The position numbers and the translations under genes were made by a program. Positions 47,845 through 56,730 of a stretch of 64,000 nucleotides of DNA are shown in pieces. Origin of the DNA: an uncultured Alphaproteobacteria bacterium (lineage in GTDB: Bacteria; Pseudomonadota; Alphaproteobacteria; HIMB59; GCA-002718135). The stretch is from assembly GCA_902591485.1 (NCBI GenBank), contig CACJAV010000002.1:55172-119171 (forward strand), read 5' to 3'. Numbering within the stretch: the stretch's first letter is position 1; every line of letters begins with the position of its first letter. The notes beneath the pieces were generated by a model. That model saw only the letters and a list, made by a program, of their open reading frames with translations. It did no database searches and was not told the origin of the DNA.

Positions 47845-48522
47845 CTAATCATTAGCATCACCTCCACCAGCTCCTTTTTCCCTAGATTCTTCTGATTCAG
47901 GAACGTAGGTTCTAAATGCTAAATCTGAAATATTATTCCAGCTAGACTGCTTGGGACTTAATCCTTTTGATAAATTTAAATTTAATATTTTATAATCTGA
48001 AGTCTTTTCTCCATTCGGTATTTGATATTCATTTGTAGACAGGTTTAAAATAAAATTTGCACAATGATTATTTTTTAAATTATCATGAATGAAAATTTCA
48101 TTTTTATCTAAAACTGCATAAGTTTTATTTTGATTAGTAATTTTTGAAAAAATATTCTTCTTAATACTTCTGTACAAAAGGGGTATCAAAAAAAGAGGAT
48201 CAGAGCAATTTAGTATTTCTATTTTTATTTCATTCTTTTTTGATGTATGAAAATTTAATAGATCAATCAAACCTGGCCCGATCATGAGAATAGATCTTTT
48301 GTTTAAATCAATTTTGCTAATTAATTTATTATTTTCTAGAGCCCCATTAAAATTACCATCAATTTTCTTTTGAATATTAGAAAATAATTGGATACCTTTT
48401 AATTCGAATGCCTCTAACCAACTAATTATAAATGCTGCATCCTCATCAGCTCCATAGGGAAAGCCAAGGCCAGAGAATGCTCTTTTAGCATTTGTGTATA
48501 CTTCATAATACGAGTAACTCAC
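47845..48522 (-). CDS. Hypothetical protein, no signal peptide, acidic/Gly-rich C-terminal tail
   Basis: A 225-aa open frame in stop-rich AT DNA, 3 nt downstream of the 569-aa ORF. The N-terminus (GLGFPYGADEDAAFIISWLE) is vaguely reminiscent of a DUF family, which I could not verify. It ends ..REKGAGGGDAND. Confidence 0.8.
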   Translation of the reverse strand: MSYSYYEVYTNAKRAFSGLGFPYGADEDAAFIISWLEAFELKGIQLFSNIQKKIDGNFNGALENNKLISKIDLNKRSILMIGPGLIDLLNFHTSKKNEIKIEILNCSDPLFLIPLLYRSIKKNIFSKITNQNKTYAVLDKNEIFIHDNLKNNHCANFILNLSTNEYQIPNGEKTSDYKILNLNLSKGLSPKQSSWNNISDLAFRTYVPESEESREKGAGGGDAND

Positions 48523-48525
48523 AAA

Positions 48526-50235
48526 TTAATTATAAGAACTCATCGTTGCAAAACCCCAGCTATCAACATTCTTCGCATTTAAATTTGATAGAAAAGGAGC
48601 ACCTGAAAAAAAACTTACACGAAGCCATCTATCTGATTTTGGGTCATATCTATTTGCTCCAAAAAAAGATAATTTAAATCTTAGCATATTAATAGGTATT
48701 GTTTTTTTTGATAAAATATTATCTTGCACTTCTGCAAAGGGATATTGTTCAAGAGATTGGATTCTTCTAATAATACCTCTGAATTTAGGATTTAGAGCTA
48801 AATATTCAGCAACTGATAAATCAAGATTTTCTTCTTGTATTAACGTGTGAAGTTTTTGAACCATTTTTGCAATACCAAGATGTTGTTCCAGTTCACTACC
48901 CTCTTCATTATATCTCTCACCTAATCTTGGCTCGAGTTTTGCCGCTGAAATATACCAGAATAGGTAATCATTATTTTTGTTAGAAAAATCAACTTTCAAA
49001 GCCCACTGGTAATCTTTTTCAATAATTGCATTTAATTGTTTCAAAGTTTGAGACTCATTAATTCCCATCTCTTCAACATCCGACATATCTTCTGCCAACT
49101 CTTCAGAAATTTCAGGATAAAGTTCTAATAACTGAACTTTAGCAATTTCTTGCGTATCATAATTACATTTATTGGAGGTGAATTTTATTAGATCAATCCA
49201 CTGCAAATCAGTAACTCTCTTCTTTTGAAACTTTTTAATATGACTTATATATTTTTTTAAATCTTCAACTGTTTTTGAATTTTTTGTAATTTGGTATTCA
49301 TCAAACGTTGTAACCTCTTTTAGGTAAAGAAGAGCTTTTTCAAGTAATTCAAAATAAGTATTAAGTTTTTCTATTTCTACATTTTTGTTAACGATATTAT
49401 CTAAAGACTGAGTATACTGTTTCATCCACTTATTAATTAATTTAGGATGTTTAATAATGAAAGGGGCCATCCCTAAACCTGTTGAATTACCAATGCCTAA
49501 GTGTTGTTTGATGTTGTTTTCAAGAGCAATTGCTTTGCTAGGGTTTTGTTTTTTTGCTACATGCTCTACCAACTCAACACTAAATTCTCTTATGATATAA
49601 ACTGCAAGCATTTCAGCTCTAAAAGGTTGGTTAAATTCGGTAACTGCTTTAGTATTTGCAAAGTCTGATAGCCCAAATTTTCCACTACCATAAACAGCTG
49701 TTGTTCTTAAAAGATATCCAACTTTATTTATTTCATTAATATCAGGTTGCTTACCATTAGATAAACAATTGACAACATATTCAAATAAACGAACACTTTT
49801 ATTAGCTCTACTTAAAATTAATTCTTTAGGAGAATTGCGCCCTGACTCTTGAAGCGGTACATTTTTTCTTAATCTATTAAGCTCATCATCATTTAATTTT
49901 CCGTTAATTAAAGAATAGGCAGTATCCCATTTTTCTGCAATTACTCTGTCACTTCTGTCAGAACTATCAAGATGCTGCGAAAAACAAACTAAAGAGTAAA
50001 TATTATTATTTATGTTAATTTCATAAACTGCTGTTCCATAACCTTTATCATCTAGATCAAACTTTGATTTAGAAATTTTCCAATTATCAAACAACAATCT
50101 TCGAAGCATACTTCTAGAAAAGCTTAACCTTGAAGGGTATCTAGAGCCCATTTTATCAAGGGTCATAATTTCTGAAGAATTCATGCTTTGTTGCAACATA
50201 TATAAATATATATAGTGAATTATCACTTTTTTCAC
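48526..50235 (-). CDS. Large hypothetical protein (569 aa), no family recognised
   Basis: A 1.7-kb uninterrupted frame in AT-rich DNA, with no TM segments or signal peptide. It has a Gly-rich segment (LGIGNSTGLGMAPF). The start is uncertain, with in-frame ATGs at 50235, 50199, 50184, 50166 and 50151. Confidence 0.82.
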   Translation of the reverse strand: MKKVIIHYIYLYMLQQSMNSSEIMTLDKMGSRYPSRLSFSRSMLRRLLFDNWKISKSKFDLDDKGYGTAVYEININNNIYSLVCFSQHLDSSDRSDRVIAEKWDTAYSLINGKLNDDELNRLRKNVPLQESGRNSPKELILSRANKSVRLFEYVVNCLSNGKQPDINEINKVGYLLRTTAVYGSGKFGLSDFANTKAVTEFNQPFRAEMLAVYIIREFSVELVEHVAKKQNPSKAIALENNIKQHLGIGNSTGLGMAPFIIKHPKLINKWMKQYTQSLDNIVNKNVEIEKLNTYFELLEKALLYLKEVTTFDEYQITKNSKTVEDLKKYISHIKKFQKKRVTDLQWIDLIKFTSNKCNYDTQEIAKVQLLELYPEISEELAEDMSDVEEMGINESQTLKQLNAIIEKDYQWALKVDFSNKNNDYLFWYISAAKLEPRLGERYNEEGSELEQHLGIAKMVQKLHTLIQEENLDLSVAEYLALNPKFRGIIRRIQSLEQYPFAEVQDNILSKKTIPINMLRFKLSFFGANRYDPKSDRWLRVSFFSGAPFLSNLNAKNVDSWGFATMSSYN

Positions 50236-50255
50236 TATTAGAAGTTAAATAAAAT

Positions 50256-51233
50256 ATGGAAATGGACAATATACTTATCGATGGTCTTGAATATGTGAAT
50301 TGGAATAGAGATTTATTTGAAAAGGCTCATGCTGGAGGAATAACAGCTATTCACGCAACCTTGGTATATTGGGAAGATACTCATGAGTCATTTGAGAAAA
50401 TGAATTATTGGGATGATTTAATTCAATCAAATAGCGATATCTTGATGCATGTAAAAAAATCCTCCGACATACTTCTGGCAAAAGAGTCAAATAAAGTTGG
50501 CATCATATATGGCTTTCAAAATTCAGCACCAATTGCAAATGATATTTTTTTAATAGAAAAATTTTTTTTACGAGGTTTGCGTTTCATGCAACTGACATAC
50601 AACAATCAAACACCCCTAGCAGGTGGATGTTATGAAAAAAATGACTCTGGTGTATCACGTTTTGGTGAAATGGTGATTGAGGAAATGAATCGATTAGGCA
50701 TGATAGTTGATTTAAGTCATGCAGGAAGACAAACATGTTTGGATACTATTAATCTCTCGAAAACACCGGTTGCTATATCTCATGCAAATCCAAATTTTTT
50801 TCATAAATCAATTAGGAATATCGATGATGAAGTGTTGAAAAAGTTAGCAAATAAAAATGGTTTTATTGGCTTAAGCGTCTACCCTTATCATTTAAAAAAT
50901 CATGGAGATTGTAAGTTAGAAGATTTTTGTGACATGATTAAACAGCTTATTAATATGATTGGAGAAGATAATATTGGGATAGGATCTGATTTGTGCGTTA
51001 ATTGGCCAGATGATGTTGTTATGTGGATGCGAAATGGCAAATGGACAAAAAAAATTGATTATGGAGAGTCTCAGGATAAAAATGCAAATTGGCCTAAATC
51101 TACATCATGGTATTCTAAACCAGAAGACTTATCTAGTTTTTTAACTGGAATGATTGCAAATGGAATCAATGAAAAAACTGCAAATAAAATAGCTGGTAAA
51201 AACTGGTTTAATTTTATGACCAATCATTTTTAA
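50256..51233 (+). CDS. M19 (renal/membrane dipeptidase) family homologue with a degenerate metal site
   Basis: 325 aa, collinear with DPEP1-type dipeptidases (RFGEMVIEEMNRLGMIVDLSHAG, ISHANP, GIGSDL). It has LIDGLEY in place of IDGHNDL and GFQNS in place of GVEGG. Confidence 0.85.
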   Translation: MEMDNILIDGLEYVNWNRDLFEKAHAGGITAIHATLVYWEDTHESFEKMNYWDDLIQSNSDILMHVKKSSDILLAKESNKVGIIYGFQNSAPIANDIFLIEKFFLRGLRFMQLTYNNQTPLAGGCYEKNDSGVSRFGEMVIEEMNRLGMIVDLSHAGRQTCLDTINLSKTPVAISHANPNFFHKSIRNIDDEVLKKLANKNGFIGLSVYPYHLKNHGDCKLEDFCDMIKQLINMIGEDNIGIGSDLCVNWPDDVVMWMRNGKWTKKIDYGESQDKNANWPKSTSWYSKPEDLSSFLTGMIANGINEKTANKIAGKNWFNFMTNHF

Positions 51234-52093
51234 GTTTTTCTTGTTACAAACGTTGAAGATGCAAGACTGATTAAGACAATTGCAGTACCAAATAACTGCA
51301 TGGAAGTTAAGGACTCATTAAGAAGTATTACAGCTCCAAATATTCCTGTTATTGGTTCAAGATATAAAAATAAAGCTGTATTCGTTTGACCAATTCTTGG
51401 TATTGCAAGTAATTGAAGAAATAAAGCAATTGCATACGAACAAGAAGGAATTAATAGAATTAAAAATGCATTAAGATTGATGTTGGTGTCTATCTCGTAG
51501 AATAAACTTAAAACAATAAAAAAGAATATTGTGTTAAAAAAATTAATAAAAATATTGATTGGAATAGGGGAAATATTTTTTTTAGACATTGTTTGATTAG
51601 TCACTATCATGATTGCAGCGCCCAATGATGCAATCAAAGCAAAAATAATTCCTTCAAATTTTAAGTCATCAGTTGAGGGACTTAATGCAAGAAATAATCC
51701 AATAAATGTTGTAAAAAATAAAAATTTGATAACATTTTTTATTTTTTCTTTGGTTATAAAAATAGATATCGACAAGACCAAAATTGGATAGGTGCAAAAT
51801 ATTATTATTGTTAAACTAACATTAATATATGTAACTGAAATTAATAATCCTGTGGTTAGCATTATGGAGGCAAGAGTAATCAGTAAAAAATCACGTATAT
51901 TATTTTTATAAATACTGAATAAGTTTTGTTGATTTGGAATTAGGGGAGAGACTATTATTAATGCAACAATATAACGTAAAAAAATAGCAAGGCCTATACC
52001 GGCTCCTAAATTATAAGCAGTTTTTGTAATGGGACCAATTATTCCAAAAAAAACACCAGCAAGTAAAGCAAATATTATGCCCAAAATATTCAT
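51230..52093 (-). CDS. EamA/DMT-family transporter
   Basis: 287 aa with about 10 TM segments arranged as two EamA-like halves. Confidence 0.82.
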   Translation of the reverse strand: MNILGIIFALLAGVFFGIIGPITKTAYNLGAGIGLAIFLRYIVALIIVSPLIPNQQNLFSIYKNNIRDFLLITLASIMLTTGLLISVTYINVSLTIIIFCTYPILVLSISIFITKEKIKNVIKFLFFTTFIGLFLALSPSTDDLKFEGIIFALIASLGAAIMIVTNQTMSKKNISPIPINIFINFFNTIFFFIVLSLFYEIDTNINLNAFLILLIPSCSYAIALFLQLLAIPRIGQTNTALFLYLEPITGIFGAVILLNESLTSMQLFGTAIVLISLASSTFVTRKT

Positions 52094-52168
52094 ATAATTT
52101 AAATTTTTTTTTGACTAATGCTCTTATGACAGGTATTCACAGACCAACAACAAAAAAATAATCAAAAT

Positions 52169-53266
52169 ATGAATTCTGAGTCAGAAAAAAGCTTTGTTAA
52201 ATTTGAAAAGATTGACAAAAGTTACGATGGTGAAGTGCTAGTAGTTAAAAATCTAAATTTAGATATCGCCAAGGGTGAGTTTGTAACAATGCTTGGCCCT
52301 TCTGGTTCCGGTAAAACTACCACACTTATGATGTTAGCAGGATTTGAGACTCCAACGAATGGAGAAATCTTTCTAGATGGAATGCCCATTAGTAAAATCC
52401 CACCATATGAGAGAGAAATTGGAATGGTCTTTCAAAATTATGCTCTATTCCCTCATATGACTGTGCAAGAAAATTTAGCATTTCCACTTGAAGTTAGAAA
52501 ATTATCAAAAGGAGAGACTAAAGAAAAAGTTCAAAAGGCTCTTGATATGGTTGAGCTTGGAGACTTTGGTACTCGTTTTCCTGCGCAGTTATCTGGAGGT
52601 CAACAACAAAGAGTTGCTCTTGCAAGAGCTCTTGTTTTTGAACCAAGGCTTGTTTTAATGGATGAGCCTCTTGGTGCATTAGATAAAAATTTAAGAGAAC
52701 AGATGCAATATGAAATAAAACATATTCATGACAGAATAGGAATTACTGTCGTTTATGTAACACACGATCAAAGTGAAGCTTTAACGATGTCTAATAGAAT
52801 AGCAGTTTTTAACGATGGAGTTGTTCAGCAATTATCAACTCCAGATATATTATATGAAAAACCAGAAAATTCTTTTGTTGCGCAATTTATAGGTGAGAAT
52901 AATAGAATGTCAGGAACAATTAAGAGTATGGAAAATAATTACTGTTCTGTAGAACTTGAAAATGGAGCAGGTACTGTAAAAGCTCTTAAAGTTAATGTAG
53001 GTGGTGTGGGAGAGAAAACTCAACTCTCCGTTAGACCTGAAAGAGTATCATTGGGATCAGATGGAAACGGGGAAAATCTATTTACAGGAAAAGTTGAAGA
53101 ACTAATATATTTAGGTGATCATATTAGGGTTAGATTAGATGTATGTGGAAATAACGAGTTTATTGTTAAAGTACCAAATGAAGGATCTTTTAACTATAAT
53201 GAAGGAGACTCTATAAAACTTAACTGGAATTCTGATGATATAAGGGCCTTAGATCCTGTAAATTAA
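52169..53266 (+). CDS. ABC transporter ATP-binding protein, PotA/spermidine-putrescine type
   Basis: 365 aa with Walker A GPSGSGKTT, signature LSGGQQQRV, Walker B VLMDEPLGALD and a C-terminal TOBE-like domain. Confidence 0.92.
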   Translation: MNSESEKSFVKFEKIDKSYDGEVLVVKNLNLDIAKGEFVTMLGPSGSGKTTTLMMLAGFETPTNGEIFLDGMPISKIPPYEREIGMVFQNYALFPHMTVQENLAFPLEVRKLSKGETKEKVQKALDMVELGDFGTRFPAQLSGGQQQRVALARALVFEPRLVLMDEPLGALDKNLREQMQYEIKHIHDRIGITVVYVTHDQSEALTMSNRIAVFNDGVVQQLSTPDILYEKPENSFVAQFIGENNRMSGTIKSMENNYCSVELENGAGTVKALKVNVGGVGEKTQLSVRPERVSLGSDGNGENLFTGKVEELIYLGDHIRVRLDVCGNNEFIVKVPNEGSFNYNEGDSIKLNWNSDDIRALDPVN

Positions 53267-53381
53267 TATTATTGAAGTTTTCTGCGGTATTTTAGCACTT
53301 TTTTTTATAATTTCATCATGTTATTAGGGAATTATCGATAGACATATAATCTTAAGATTAACCAACGAATAGGAGGAACAT

Positions 53382-54485
53382 ATGTCAAAATTAATTAAAG
53401 CATTCTTGTTTGCTTCACTTTTAGTATCATCTTTTGCTGTTAAAGCAGTAACGGTTGCTTCATGGGGTGGTGCTTACACAGAAAGTCAACAAAAAGCTTA
53501 TGCTGATACTTACTCAGATCCAAGTTCAATTCAATTTGAGAACTATAACGGTGGTCTTGGTGAAGTAAGAGCGCAAGTTGAAAGTGGTAATGTAACTTGG
53601 GACTTAGTAGACGTTCTTCCAAGTGATGCAATCACAGGTTGTGATGAAGGTTTGTTTGAAGACATTTCATCAGAAATCGCTTCTAGTTCTGTTCCAGGAC
53701 CTGACGGTGAGTCAATGTTAGAAGATATGGAAAACAATGGCCTAGAGTATCACTCTGGTTGGGATTGTTGTGTTCCACAAATTTTCTGGACTTACGTAGT
53801 GTTCTATGATCCAGATGCTTTCCCTGGTGATAAGCCAAGCAGCATGGCAGACTTTTTTGACGTGGAAAAATTCCCTGGCAAAAGAGGTATCCATACTTGG
53901 GCAACAGGTATAATTGAAAAAGCAATGGTTGCTGATGGTGTTAAACCAACTGCAGTTCCTACAGTTCTAGCTAACCAAACTGGTGCGCTTGATAGAGCTT
54001 TTGCTAAATTAGATACTATCAAGGATCACGTTGTTTTTTGGTCTTCAGGATCAAAACCACTAGAATTAGTAAAAAGTGGTGAGGTTGTAATGGCTATTGC
54101 ATACAATGGTCGTGTTGGTGCAGCTAACCTAGCTGAAGGTGAAAACTTCGAATATATTTGGGAAGGTCAAGTGTTAGATCAAGAGTATCTATGTCTTACT
54201 ACTGGTGCTCCTAATAGAGATGCTGCTCTTGATTTCATGATGCATGCTTCTTCACCTGAATCTCAAGCTGAACAAGCAAAATATATTACTTATGGACCTA
54301 TGAGAGCTTCTGGTATTCCAATCATTAAAAATAATGAGCCTTGGGGACCAGGTGGTGTAGATATTATGCCTCATATGCCTAATACACCTGAGCGTTTAAA
54401 AGTTTCGATCGTAAGTGATCCACAATGGTGGTCTGATTACGGTGCCGAAATTAACGAACGTTATGCAGCGTGGATGGGTAACTAA
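53382..54485 (+). CDS. Periplasmic solute-binding protein, PotD/PotF-like (family 1)
   Basis: 367 aa with a signal peptide (..SSFAVKA) and the VTVASWGGAY.. start typical of polyamine/opine-type SBPs. The SD is AGGAGG. Confidence 0.85.
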   Translation: MSKLIKAFLFASLLVSSFAVKAVTVASWGGAYTESQQKAYADTYSDPSSIQFENYNGGLGEVRAQVESGNVTWDLVDVLPSDAITGCDEGLFEDISSEIASSSVPGPDGESMLEDMENNGLEYHSGWDCCVPQIFWTYVVFYDPDAFPGDKPSSMADFFDVEKFPGKRGIHTWATGIIEKAMVADGVKPTAVPTVLANQTGALDRAFAKLDTIKDHVVFWSSGSKPLELVKSGEVVMAIAYNGRVGAANLAEGENFEYIWEGQVLDQEYLCLTTGAPNRDAALDFMMHASSPESQAEQAKYITYGPMRASGIPIIKNNEPWGPGGVDIMPHMPNTPERLKVSIVSDPQWWSDYGAEINERYAAWMGN

Positions 54486-54519
54486 GCTTGATTAAGTTAC
54501 AATATTAATTTAACTAAAA

Positions 54520-54544
54520 GGCGAGATTGATTCTCGCCTTTTTT
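54520..54544 (+). terminator. Intrinsic terminator/attenuator after the SBP gene
   Basis: GGCGAGA (54520-54526) pairs with TCTCGCC (54532-54538) around the loop TTGAT, followed by TTTTTT (54539-54544). Confidence 0.75.
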
Positions 54545-55825
54545 AATTGGGAGGTTATTATTTCTACTACACAGCTACTTACAACTGATGGTATTCCACT
54601 TAAGCAAAGTTTAAAAAAAGCTGAAAGAAAGAATAAAATAAGAGCATTCTTTTTAGTCTTTCCTTTGTTGCTTTTTATATTTGTTACTTTTGTAATGCCT
54701 ATTGGTGATATGCTATTAAGAAGTGTAGATGATGCGCAAATCAATACTGTATTTCCAAAAACATTTGAAGAGTACAACAAATGGGATAGAGAAAAAGATA
54801 AGCTTCCACCTGAAGAGGTATACCGAACTCTTTTTGAAGAACTAGCTACTGGAGAGAAAATTCAAATTGGTAGAGCTTTAACTAGAATGAATTATTCTAA
54901 ATCAGGTTGGAAAAGTTTGATTAAAAAAACTTCTAGAGAAATAAAAAAGATGACAAGGAAAGGGATGGTTCCTGAGTCTTATAAAGAGACCCTTATTGAG
55001 ATAAACAAAGATTGGGGTGATCCAACATTTTGGTACTCAATGGCTCAAATGGTAAATAAACAGACACCAATTTATTATTGGAATGCAATTGATAGGACTT
55101 ATGATCAAAATCAAAACGTTATCATGCAGGATGAGAAAAGAAGAATTTATGTTCAAACATGGTTGAAGACATTAAAAGTAAGCGTCTATGTAACTTTCTT
55201 TTGTTTAATATTAGGTTTTCCAGTAGCACACTTATTAGCAAACCTACCTTTACGATATAGTAACCTATTAATGATTTTTGTACTTCTTCCCTTCTGGACA
55301 TCTTTACTAGTTAGGACAACAGCATGGATTGTTATGCTTCAACAAAAAGGAGTAATTAATGGGGTCTTAGTATGGCTCGGTATATTGAGTGATGATGGCA
55401 GACTTCAGATGGTTTATAATGAAACTGGTACTTTAATTGCAATGACGCAGATATTGTTGCCATTTATGATTTTACCTCTTTATAGTGTGATGAAGGTAAT
55501 ACCAAAAAGTCATATGAGAGCAGCTCAAAACTTAGGTGCTAAGCCTGCAATGGCATTTTGGAGAGTATACTTACCGCAAACGATTCCAGGTATGAGTGCT
55601 GGTGGATTACTAGTTTTTGTTTTAGCAATTGGTTATTTTATTACTCCTGAACTAGTGGGTGGAAAAGATGGAAAATTAATTGGTAGTTGGATAGCCTTTC
55701 ATCTTAAAACTACATTGAACTGGGGTTTATGTGCAGCTCTAGGAGCAATACTATTAGCTGTAATGCTCGTATTTTACTGGCTTTATAATAAAATTGTTGG
55801 CATTGATAATATTAAATTAGGATAG
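54527..55825 (+). CDS. ABC transporter permease, PotB-like, with a long hydrophilic insertion after TM1
   Basis: 432 aa in the ORF track. The C-terminal core has an EAA-like loop (AAQNLGAKPAMAFWRVYLP). The start is uncertain because the track's TTG lies inside the terminator hairpin loop. Confidence 0.8.
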   Translation: MILAFFNWEVIISTTQLLTTDGIPLKQSLKKAERKNKIRAFFLVFPLLLFIFVTFVMPIGDMLLRSVDDAQINTVFPKTFEEYNKWDREKDKLPPEEVYRTLFEELATGEKIQIGRALTRMNYSKSGWKSLIKKTSREIKKMTRKGMVPESYKETLIEINKDWGDPTFWYSMAQMVNKQTPIYYWNAIDRTYDQNQNVIMQDEKRRIYVQTWLKTLKVSVYVTFFCLILGFPVAHLLANLPLRYSNLLMIFVLLPFWTSLLVRTTAWIVMLQQKGVINGVLVWLGILSDDGRLQMVYNETGTLIAMTQILLPFMILPLYSVMKVIPKSHMRAAQNLGAKPAMAFWRVYLPQTIPGMSAGGLLVFVLAIGYFITPELVGGKDGKLIGSWIAFHLKTTLNWGLCAALGAILLAVMLVFYWLYNKIVGIDNIKLG

Positions 55826-55827
55826 AT

Positions 55828-56724
55828 ATGGCATTACCGAGTTACGCATCACCTGTTCAAAAAACTTACTATTACTTTTATTTATTTTTTTGTGGAGTTG
55901 TTTTCTTTTTCCTTGTCGCTCCTTTGATTGCAATCGTACCTATTTCATTTAGCGTATCACCTTTCATGGTATTTACAGATGGAATGTTGGCATGGCCGCC
56001 AGATCCTGAAGCTTGGTCATTTAGATGGTATAGAAATATGATTGGAGATTGTAGTGCTGATGTCGTGTCATCTACAGTTCCTTGTTCAAATAAATGGATG
56101 ATAGGAACAGTAAATAGTTTCTTTATTGGAATAGTTGCAACTGTTATTGCAACTGCTCTTGGCACGCTAGCTGCTTTAGGTTTAAGCAGACCTCACATGC
56201 CATTTAAAGGAATAATAATGGCAATTCTGATTTCACCCATGATTGTTCCTTTAATTATAACAGCGGCAGGCATGTTCTTTTTTTATGCTAGAATAAATTT
56301 AGTTTATACTTTCACAGGAGTAATTTTAGCCCATGTAGCTCTAGCTACACCATTTGTAGTAATCACAGTTACTGCAACTTTGGTTGGGTTTGATATGAAT
56401 ATGGTTAAAGCTGCTCAAAGTTTGGGTGCAAGACCTGTTAAAACTTTTTTTAGAGTAATTATGCCATTAATTTTACCGGGTATAATTTCTGGAGCGTTAT
56501 TTGCTTTTATTACTTCTTTTGATGAAGTTGTAATTGTTATGTTTATGGCAAGCTTAGATCAACTTACAATTCCTAAGCAAATGTGGGCTGGAATAAGACA
56601 GGAAATTAGCCCTGTAATTTTATGTATGGCAACGTGTTTGGTAGCACTTTCAATTTTCTTGTTAACTACAGTTGAATTATTAAGAAGACGATCAGAGCGA
56701 TTACGCGGCATTAAACCAAGATAG
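55828..56724 (+). CDS. ABC transporter permease, PotC-like
   Basis: 298 aa with 6 TM segments and an EAA loop (AAQSLGARPVKTFFRVIMP). Confidence 0.88.
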   Translation: MALPSYASPVQKTYYYFYLFFCGVVFFFLVAPLIAIVPISFSVSPFMVFTDGMLAWPPDPEAWSFRWYRNMIGDCSADVVSSTVPCSNKWMIGTVNSFFIGIVATVIATALGTLAALGLSRPHMPFKGIIMAILISPMIVPLIITAAGMFFFYARINLVYTFTGVILAHVALATPFVVITVTATLVGFDMNMVKAAQSLGARPVKTFFRVIMPLILPGIISGALFAFITSFDEVVIVMFMASLDQLTIPKQMWAGIRQEISPVILCMATCLVALSIFLLTTVELLRRRSERLRGIKPR

Positions 56725-56730
56725 AATATA

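Noticed and set aside
53306-53311. Perfect TATAAT upstream of the PotD-like SBP gene, as a possible internal promoter.
   Set aside because: No -35-like element lies at the right spacing (TGCGGT), and TATAAT is expected by chance in DNA this AT-rich. I left it uncalled.
53440-54022. Cluster of four overlapping minus-strand ORFs (63-80 aa) inside the PotD-like SBP gene. Similar clusters occur at 38191-38698 and 44140-44586.
   Set aside because: They are antisense frames left open because these highly expressed or less AT-rich genes use fewer codons whose complements are stops. Their products are His/Gln/Leu-rich and low-complexity.
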